Source: Octopus vulgaris | Lineage: Eukaryota | Direction: 5' to 3' | NCBI GenBank assembly: GCA_951406725.2 | Contig: OX597829.1 | Coordinates: 12,276,001 to 12,340,000, forward strand | DNA length: 64,000 nt | Shown here: in pieces, positions 53,898-64,000 of the stretch | Layout of the letters: each line of letters begins with the position of its first letter | How positions within the stretch are numbered: the stretch's first letter is position 1 | Translations under genes and position numbers: made by a program | Notes under the pieces: generated by a model | Told to the model about the DNA's origin: nothing | The model's database searches: none | Seen by the model: only the letters and a program-made list of their open reading frames with translations

Positions 53898-54531
53898 ATG
53901 AATATGCTTTAAGACTTGTACGGTAATGTCTATGTAAATATATATGCAACAACAATAACAACAGCAACAAAAAGCAAGAAACGAAAACAAAATGAAGTAT
54001 AAATAGTTATTTCTGGTTTTGCTTTCCATTTGGCTGTCTTTTATTTCCCTAATTCCAATTCTACAAGTATGATGTGATTTGAGAGCGACTAAAAAACCGA
54101 ATTCCCAGAAGGTTATAAAGGACATTTTACAGCGATTGTATCGACAACAAACAGCAGGGAGTGGTCGGCTACGGGCGAAGTCTGAGTAATTATAATGGCA
54201 TTCAATGGTGCTACATTGATTATGAACGAAGAAACGGTGACAAGTCGAACACTCTGCTCGGATTAAAATGTTGAAGCAGAAACCAGGTCTGCGTTGGGCT
54301 TGTCATACCATGTAAATAGTGGTGGTTGGGTGGTGGGAAAAAAACTAAAAACTACATTGAACATAATTAGAAAAATAAAAGAAATACAATATGTAAGTTT
54401 AAATGCATTAGTCTTTGTGTCCACACTACAAGGTTTTCTCCTTTTTCTCTCTCTCTCTAATATTACAAAGGTATTTCGACGTATACATTTAAAATATGTA
54501 CTGTCCCTTAATGTATATGCCTCATTATACT

Positions 54532-54591
<60 letters not shown>

Positions 54592-54654
54592 TGTACATTC
54601 TTTTATTTTTTATTTGTTTCGGTCACATAGCTGTGGCCATACTGGAGCATCGCC

Positions 54655-54705
<51 letters not shown>

Positions 54706-55147
54706 CCAATTTAAGCCATTAGACTCCGGTTGCGCCGGGGCTCCGCCTTGAAGAATTTTAGTCGAACAAATCGACTCCCGTACTTATTTTTGCTTTTTGT
54801 GAAGCCCGGTACTTATTCTATCGCTCGCTTTTGCCGAACAGCTAAGTTACAGGAACGTAAATAAACCAACACCGGTTGTCAAAATGTGGTGGGAACAAAC
54901 ACAAACACGCAATCACACACACACACACACACGTATACGTATCCATTCACAAGCTTTCGCTCGGTGCTGTTGAGTACATCTAAGTTTATATTTACATACA
55001 CACAAACACACAAACACACACTCACACATACACAGCACACCCGCACGCACATATGTATGTCTGTGTATGTGTATATATATAGATATATATTTGCTTACAT
55101 ACACATACACATGCCTCTACACACACGCATACATACACATACACATG

Positions 55148-55187
<40 letters not shown>

Positions 55188-55497
55188 ACTGTGTGTGCGT
55201 TTGTGTGTGTGTATGTATGCAAATGTATATATGTCTCTATGAAATGTAAATATAAACGTATATGCACTTAACAGCGCATGTTCATTTGTGTATAATGTGC
55301 AAATATATGTGTACATATTGCTAAATATACAAATAGATACATAGCTTCGTTGATTTATATACAAATATACAAATATACACATACAATTTGCACATATGCA
55401 TATATGCAAATATGTAAGCCTGTATATGTTTGTATGTTCTTGTGTGGCGATACATAATGAATGTATGTTTAGTGCAAATTATATATATGTATGCATG

Positions 55498-55537
<40 letters not shown>

Positions 55538-56003
55538 AATAAGTGTTTGTATTGTATGTATAAGTTTATTTCTGTGTGCATATGTAATTGATTTTGTGTT
55601 TCTGTGTGTGCGAGAGTATGTCTCTCGTTTGTGAGTGACTGTGTGTGTGCTTGCGTGTGCGTGTGTGTGCTCTGTACAAGCATAATTTAACTTATTTTGA
55701 AGCTCAAACATAATTGTAAATATATGTGTACGTATGTGATTGTATGTGATGTAAGTCTATATATATGTGTGTGTGTGTGTGTTTGTATACATATACATAC
55801 ATATTTACACACACACACACTCACACACATACACACACTCATATATATAGTCCTGTATGTCCGTGTGTGTATGTTTGTAAAAATATACATTTATACACAC
55901 TCAGGCATACAAAACAAATTAAACTAAAGCATAGATATTGTACAGCATAAAAGTAGTTTTTAAAACCGCCCTTTTTATTTTTACAAAATAGTAAGTCATT
56001 TAT

Positions 56004-56290
<287 letters not shown>

Positions 56291-57274
56291 TTTCGGAATC
56301 TTGAATCTCTCCTATTCTAAAAAAAACTATATAGTGCAAAAATAATTTAATATAACAATATAAAACCCCAATTTTGTAATAAAACTTCCACCACGATAAT
56401 GAATATTTCCATTAAAGGCAACTTTTTTAAAGATTATTTTTTTAAAATTTTATTTTTATATATGTTATTTAATTAAAGATTTTTCTTGCCCGTAACAAAA
56501 TATTTTAATTTCATTTACAGTTTTAATATTTTCGTTTATAATTTATAAGCTCCAGGGAAACAAACTCCACCAGCATTATCTCAAGTCTTTTACCTTCTCA
56601 TCAGTTTTTATATTTGTTTAAATTCATTTTTATCTGGAAGAGGAATTTCCGCCTTTCATTCTTGTTTTCGTGTGGAATCAATTGTCCCCTCTTGTTTATT
56701 TTTATAGCCGACATGTTTAACCAATAAGGGTCTCAGTCTTGAGCATTGGGCCAAAGGCAAATTAAACCGTGTTGTTGATTCTCTCTTCTTATAATTTTCT
56801 TCATTTATATCGGCTGAGTATAAAAAGAGCTACAGCAAACAGTTCTCTTTAAATTCTGAACATGTCTGGTGAGGTATTTACTCAATTGGCTATTTATACA
56901 TTATTTACAAATAGCCAGCCGAGATAATAACTTGTGTGTGCGTGTGTGCGTGCGTGCGGATGAGCATGTGTGAGCATACATGAGTATATATCGGTGTGTA
57001 TGTATGTGGATTGGTGGGTGTGAATGTGTGTGTATATATTGGTGTGTATATGTGTATAAGTATATATATATATATATATGCTGAGGTGCCACCTTGGAAA
57101 AATTTTGAGTCGAATGTATTGACTACAGTACTTATTTTCTTAAAGCGTGGTACTTATTCAAACCGCATCTTTCGCCGAACCACTTATTTATGGGGACGTA
57201 AACGCAGCAGCAATTGTTGTCGAGTGGTGGCGGGGAGGGAAAAACACTGAATCAAAGACAAACACCCACATAAA

Positions 57275-57560
57275 TACGTAGTCTGATCAACATGAATTTG
57301 GGCTGTTACGATAGTAACGAAGCTAACGCGCACAAAGTAAAATCACTTGGTACAGATTGACCTTGTGCGTGCGCACTAAGTTTTACAGTTCTACCTCACT
57401 TCCAGTTTTTACAGCAACTGCTTGGAAGGAATGTGTGTAGCGTGTGATCGTCGCATTGACCACGACAGTGAAATTTGAGCAGAATATCTGGATCAAATTT
57501 TGCCAAATGCTTGGCGATAGCTGCTCAGAGGCATACGCAAAGTTTTCAAAAAGTTTTCAT
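57275..57560 (+). mobile_element. mariner-derived 5' fragment (terminus plus start of HTH)
   Basis: tacgtagtctgatcaa start; EQNIWIKFCQMLGDSCSEAYAK resembles the mariner N-terminal EQR..IKFC.KLG. Confidence 0.55.
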
Positions 57561-58000
57561 TGTTCTCGACACAATCAAGAACTTGGGCAAGTGAAACCCG
57601 ACTGTCTTTTTAGTCAGCTGAAAGCAGTTTTAGCAGAAACTTAGTAGACATGCGTCTCATGACAACTTTCTCAGTCATGGTCAATGCGACGATCACACGC
57701 TACACACCTTTCTTCCTAGCACACTTACACACATATATACACAAAAGAAAACTGAAACACATGACCTTATACACACACGCACACTTCACACAGAAGGACA
57801 CATATGGAGACACACAGCCATACATAACATAACAGACACACGTATATAGTGACACAAACCCATTCACATAGACACATCAAGGATGTACACACAACGAGAC
57901 AGATACATAGATAAATATAAAGATAGATAGATAGATAGATTCAGATGGATATAGATGTGTGAGGGCATGAAATACATATACTGGCAAACACGTATATAGA

Positions 58001-58048
<48 letters not shown>

Positions 58049-58087
58049 GTTACATACGTATAAACATGTATATATATAAATAATTAC

Positions 58088-58645
<558 letters not shown>

Positions 58646-61079
58646 ATATATATATATATATATAATCAATCTAACTCACAATGAACTACCAGCAAACCAA
58701 ATAAATATGCTTTCCAAAGGACTCAAGTTTACACCCACCCCTCAACACCCCAACTACAATGAAATGAAAGAAGACATCGCAGAATTCTGCAGAAAATTAC
58801 AATTTACTAAGGAGCTATATGACAAATAGAACGAGGACGAATCGTTGGTCAGAAATAAGAGTAACTACACCCCCTCAAAAGGTAAGAACAAAACACTTGA
58901 TCATTTCTGTGACCACATATCAAATTACCCATATCAACATATACACAAACAAAAACACAAACCAAACTTCAGCAAAAAAGAATGGGCTGAGTTGAACAAA
59001 TTAAAACAAGACACAACAATAACAATCAGAGGCCGATAAAGGCAGTGCAGTTGTCTTAATGGACACGACATTTTACATAATTTTAGTACTATCTATGCTG
59101 GAAGACACAACATATTATGAAAAGGCACAAAACTACAGTAAAAAAAAAATAATGAGGGAACTAAAATCCATGTTAAACCCATACAAAGAAGGGCTCGCCG
59201 ACAAAGAATATGACTATATGACCAATTTCACAAGTAAAACCAGCCAATTCTACGGTATACCTAAGATACACAAAAGTGAGAAAATAAGTAACGCATGCAA
59301 GATAGCTACAGACAAAATAATTAAAGTCCCTAATCCTAATGACCTCAAATTGAAACCCATAATAGCAGGTCCCGCATGCGAAACCCATCGCCTCAGTAAC
59401 TTTTTAGACACCCTGTTAAAACCACTCCTCAAACATGTCAAAAGCTATATAAGGAACGACTTGGATATGCTCAATCACCTACCTAATACTATAAACAAAA
59501 ACACCCTACTTGTATCCTTCGATGTAGTCAACCTCTACTCCAATATCCCCCACAACCTAGGAATAGAGGGAATTCAATTCTGGCTAGAGAATCACGCCAA
59601 CGAACTCTCATATCGCATCAAAAAAGAATTTGTGATAGAAGGTCTAAAATTCATCCTGGAAAATAACTTCTTCGCCTTCAAAGACAACTTCTACCGACAA
59701 AAATCGGGGACTGCGATGGGTACACGAATGGCCCCCTCCTTTGCCAACCTAGTCATGGGATATCTAGAAATCAGTCTGTTTCGTAAGGTTCTAGAAAGAT
59801 AAGGCAGCCCTTTCTCCATCTACATAGAAAACAACTAGAAGAGATATCTAGATGACTGTTTCATTCTTTGGCAGGAAAATATAGAGAAACTCAAAGAATT
59901 CCAAGCAATTTTAAATGGACTGGACGTAAACATCCAATTCACGATGGAATATAGCCAGCAACAACTCCCCTTCCTTGATATCCTCATTAAGAAAGCTAAT
60001 AATGTAATAGAAACAGATATATACTATAAGCCTACAGATTTTAAGCAATATCTTCCATTCAATTCATGCCACCCCAGACACACCAGAATGAATATCCCCT
60101 TCAATCTAGCAAAAAGGATATGTACCATAGTTTCTAATGCAAACACCAGAGACACACGACTACAAGAACTAAAAGATACCCTCATCACCAGGAACTACCC
60201 ACCTTCACTTATTGACATATGCATTCAATAGCTACAGACAAAATAATCAACATCCAGGAACTGAGACATCCCAAATCAAAGAAAAATTTACGACCAAAAG
60301 CCTTACCATACATTTCTACACACAACCCTCTCAACAATGAAGCCTTCGACACCATCCTCCAAAACATACCCCTCCTAAAAAAAGACCACAGAATGAACAC
60401 AATCCTCCAAACACACACGATCATAAAAAGCAAGGGACAGCCTAAATCTATGAAAAGTCTCCTAACACAGGCTCGAATACACTCTTCAACACAGAAGCCG
60501 ACAGTAAAAAATGTGGAAGACCCAATTGCGGGATATGCGATTATCTAATTGAGGGATCAGAGTTCTCTTTCAAACAGGGACAACGGTTTACAGTGAAAAG
60601 CAACTTCACATGTGCTTCGGAGAACCTGATATACACAGTAACCTGCTCTGGGTGTCAAGAGCAGTACATAGGCCAAACAAAAAATAGATTGCGTAAAAGA
60701 ATGGCCCTGCAGAGATCCCAGATAAAAATTTCCCAAAACAGAAAAATAGCATTCAGCCAACACATAGATACTTGCGCCAGCAACAAAACACCAAGCTTCA
60801 GGATTTTCCCCCTCTACCAATTCAGGGACGATACAACCTCGAGACAACGAATAAGTAAAGAAGCTCTCTTTATTACAAAATACAGGCCACTTCTTAACGG
60901 GTTTACGACAAACGATATATACACCTCAGCTTTAGAATAACACAAATACTCACGCCAATATTACATTCCAAAGAATCCGTTAAAAATCGGTCCCAATCAC
61001 AGCTGTAACCCATAACGTGCCAACTTCAAGTCATACAACACCTCACTACTTCCACTCATTCATATTCTCCCTTCTCTTT

Positions 61080-61381
61080 CTTCTTCTTCCTCTTCTTCAT
61101 CATCATCATTATCATCATCATCATCATCGTCATCATCATCATCACCATCATCATCATCATCGTCTTCTTCTTCTTCTTCTTCGTCTTCTTCTTCTTCTCT
61201 TCTTCTTCTTCTCTTCTTCTTCTTCTTCTTCATCATCATCAACATCGTCATCATCATCATCATCTTCTTCTTCTTCTTCATCATCATCAACATCGTCATC
61301 ATCATCATCATCTTCTTCTTCTTCATCATCATCAACATCGTCATCATCATCATCATCTTCTTCTTCTTCTTCTTCTTCTTC

Positions 61382-61425
<44 letters not shown>

Positions 61426-62045
61426 TATCTTCTTCTTCTTCTTCTTCTTCTTCTTCTTCTTCTTCTTCTTCTTCTTCTTCTTCTTCTTCTGCTCCATCTT
61501 CTACTTCTTAACTTTATCATTAATGCCTTTTAGTATAACACCTACGCAAATTCTATAAACAAACCTTTCAATAGGAATATTCTCATGAATTGAACTGCAA
61601 CTGTTAGCCGCCACTGACCATTCAAAATACGACAATCAAGGCACTCCCAAATTTTCCCACCCCTTCTCCTCATCATCCTTCTTCTTCTTCTTCTTCTTCT
61701 TCTTCTTCTTCTTCTTCTTCTTCTTCTTCTTCTTCTTCTTCTTCGACTTCTTCTTCTTCTTCTGCTCCATCTTCTACTTCTTAACTTTATCATTAATGCC
61801 TTTTAGTATAACACCTACGCAAATTCTATAAACAAACCTTTCAATAGGAATATTCTTATGAATTGAACTGCAACTGTTAGCCGCCACTGACCATTCAAAA
61901 TACGACAATCAAGGCACTCCCAAATTTTCCCACTCCTTCTCCTCATCATCCTTCTTCTTCTTCTTCTTCTTCTTCTTCTTCTTCTTCTTCTTCTTCTTCT
62001 TCTTCTTCTTCTTCTTCTTCTTCTTCTTCTTCTTCTTCTTCTTCT
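61080..62045. repeat. (CTT)n/(CAT)n microsatellites with a ~273-bp tandem duplication
   Basis: gctccatcttctacttc...ctcctcatcatcc at 61491 and 61764. Confidence 0.9.
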
Positions 62046-62205
62046 ACCCTACCAAGGATTCACAACGACCTCGAACCCATAAGTGTAAACAAGAGAGACA
62101 GAGAAAGGCAGAAACAAGGAAAATGCCACTTATATTTGAAGACCATACAAATATTCCTTAAAAAAAACTTTTCTTTTAATTTTTCTCAATTTAATTATTT
62201 AATCG

Positions 62206-62249
62206 TTTCAGTTGAAAAGGTCTCAAAATTACCGAAACCGGTACTGAAA
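62206..62249 (+). ncRNA. Minimal type-I hammerhead ribozyme, U3-A8 core, sense to PLE ORF
   Basis: tttcag-TTGAAAA-GGT(ctcaaaatt)ACC-GAAAC-CG-GTA-ctgaaa. Confidence 0.8.
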
Positions 62250-62294
62250 TGTTCTTTATAAAATTATTTTAGCATTTTCTACCTTGACTTGTTT

Positions 62295-62344
<50 letters not shown>

Positions 62345-62566
62345 TATTAAAATTACTAAGTCTCTCTAAAGGAGATTACGGCAGCGTTACTGGATATTAA
62401 TAATTATCGCCATACTAATATGCCAGTCTATAAACATAAGACTTAAGCTGTCACTGATTAGCTCCAAGAGGCCATTGCCTCTAGCTAGCTATATGACACA
62501 CGAACTTGCGTCCATTACAACCTTCGAACAGGAGAGGTCAGCCGCTTCACCTTGCTAGTCAGACAT

Positions 62567-62607
62567 CTGCAGACATGTTTCAGGGTTGTTGCCCTTTATC
62601 AATGCAG
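62567..62607 (-). ncRNA. Minimal type-I hammerhead ribozyme, UUGAUAA (U3-A8) core
   Basis: Minus strand: ctgca-TTGATAA-AGGG(caacaa)CCCT-GAAAC-AT-GTC-tgcag. Confidence 0.8.
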
Positions 62608-62784
62608 CGTAGTCAGAAGCAGCAGGTGTCGCTACTGACCGTCTGTTCGAAGATTTTATTTACCTAGTTACAGTGGAATACATCCACTTGTTTTCAATAA
62701 TAGAAATATTAAAATTACTAAGTCTCTCATCATCATCATCTTCGAACATGGGAGGTCAGCCGCTTCACCTTGCTAGTTAGACAT

Positions 62785-62825
62785 CTGCAGACATGTTTCA
62801 GGGTTATTGACCTTTATCAATGCAG
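62785..62825 (-). ncRNA. Second tandem hammerhead, U3-A8 core
   Basis: Minus strand: ctgca-TTGATAA-AGG(tcaataac)CCT-GAAAC-AT-GTC-tgcag. Confidence 0.75.
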
Positions 62826-63029
62826 CGTAGATAAAGGGCAACAACCCTGAAACATGTCTGCAGATGTCTGACTAGCAAGGTGAAGCGGCTGACCTCCCTG
62901 TTCGAAGGTTGTAATGGACGCAGGTTCGTGTGTCATATAGCTAACTAGAGGCGATGGCCTCTTGGAGCTAATCAGCGACAGCTTTAGTCTTATGTTTATA
63001 GACTGCCATATTAGTATGGCGATAGCTAT

Positions 63030-63086
<57 letters not shown>

Positions 63087-63444
63087 GATTCTGTACCAAC
63101 ACGCCGAACAGGAACACAGGGGATCAATCAACAACATAGAAGTTAAAATCTGGTCCACACATAGAACAGATGCAACAATCAGACAAATTACAGAAGCTAC
63201 ACACATAATAGAAGATAAACCTAGCCTAAATAGGAAACTGGAATGGAACACTAGCACACACCACAACATATGACAGAAGAGGATCCCCATAAACTAGTTA
63301 CAATATAAACAAAACCGAAAACATTAAAATACACAGATAAATAAACAAATAGAAATAAATAACTTATGTAAGTTTTTTTTTGTTTAATTTAAAAGATTTT
63401 TTATTTATTATTATTATTAACATTATCATTATTATTATTATTAT

Positions 63445-63816
63445 TGAGTGAGAGAGCAGTGCATGCTATCAAAGTGACACTGGGGTAAAATATACGAAGC
63501 CCAATATACCCATCATGACTACCCGTCTGATAAAGGTACACCAGGCACATGCATCACAACCATATGTGCGCGACATGGTGATCTCATATCAAGATAAACA
63601 GCACATGACCTTGCAGGTGGGGCCCAGTTAGAATTTTCTTCAGGTTGAGTAGCCCATCCCGCTCAAAAGGTCTCTGAATAAGGGTTGTTTAAGGATGTTG
63701 AAAGAACCACCCATGTTTTCAGAGGTGAATTATTCAAACCCCAAAGAATCCCCCCAACACATGGCCATGATGCTCCCCCACTACTTCTGCTCGTGATCAG
63801 AGATGCATATATCGTC
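63445..63816. repeat. ~370-bp GC-richer unit between (TTA)n tracts, probable interspersed repeat
   Basis: Sharp composition change with (ATT)n on both sides; no ORF or motif recognised. Confidence 0.4.
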
Positions 63817-63885
<69 letters not shown>

Positions 63886-64000
63886 TAGTATTATTGTTAT
63901 ACATACATACATACAAGCATACGTAATGATAATAATAATATGTGGATGTAAACACATGAACAAAATAAGAATAAACAAAAACAACAACAAAAACAAATTA

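Larger units (their letters stand above)
58665..62300 (+). mobile_element. Neptune-type Penelope-like retroelement (RT plus GIY-YIG), near complete but disrupted
   Basis: LSKGLKFTPTP, ADKG, FYGIPKIHK, PIIAG, FDVVNLYSNIP, GTAMGTRMAPSFANLVMG, RYLDD, LPFLDI, SCHP; KCGRPNCGIC linker; FTCASENLIYTVTCSGCQEQYIGQT; pLTR with HHR. Confidence 0.95.
62339..63030. mobile_element. Non-coding partial-tandem plus inverted repeat unit with three HHR copies
   Basis: tagaaatattaaaattactaagtctct at 62339 and 62701; ~62405-62600 inverted at ~62830-63023; (TA)n flanks. Confidence 0.85.

Noticed and set aside
56690-56920. CArG/MEF2-like muscle enhancer motifs
   Set aside because: All matches are imperfect and expected by chance in AT-rich DNA

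Overview
AT-rich eukaryotic genomic DNA made almost entirely of repeats. It is most likely cephalopod (Octopus-like), inferred from the tRNA-derived SINE style and extreme microsatellite load. No intact host gene is supportable, and most ORFs in the track are microsatellite translations. Recognisable elements are stacked R4/Dong-type RLE LINE relics (1-4.3 kb, 21 kb), an L1/Tx1 fragment, CR1/L2-type fragments, a near full-length disabled RTE LINE (14.8-17.8 kb), a decayed RTE/BovB-like LINE (23.3-25.9 kb), a Helitron PIF1-helicase 3' end with hairpin and CTAG, Tc1 and mariner relics, a 46-bp minisatellite, and many Penelope-like elements (PLEs; Neptune-type and Naiad-type). The main non-obvious signal is about 15 minimal type-I hammerhead ribozyme (HHR) motifs read by eye. 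They lie in PLE termini and in small non-coding fold-back units embedded in (TA)n tracts. Three unrelated families carry a compensatory U3-A8 core (UUGANAA instead of CUGANGA) and two carry a U4C core (CCGANGA), so a strict CUGANGA search would miss them. Element boundaries are approximate and no folding, alignment or database search was run.
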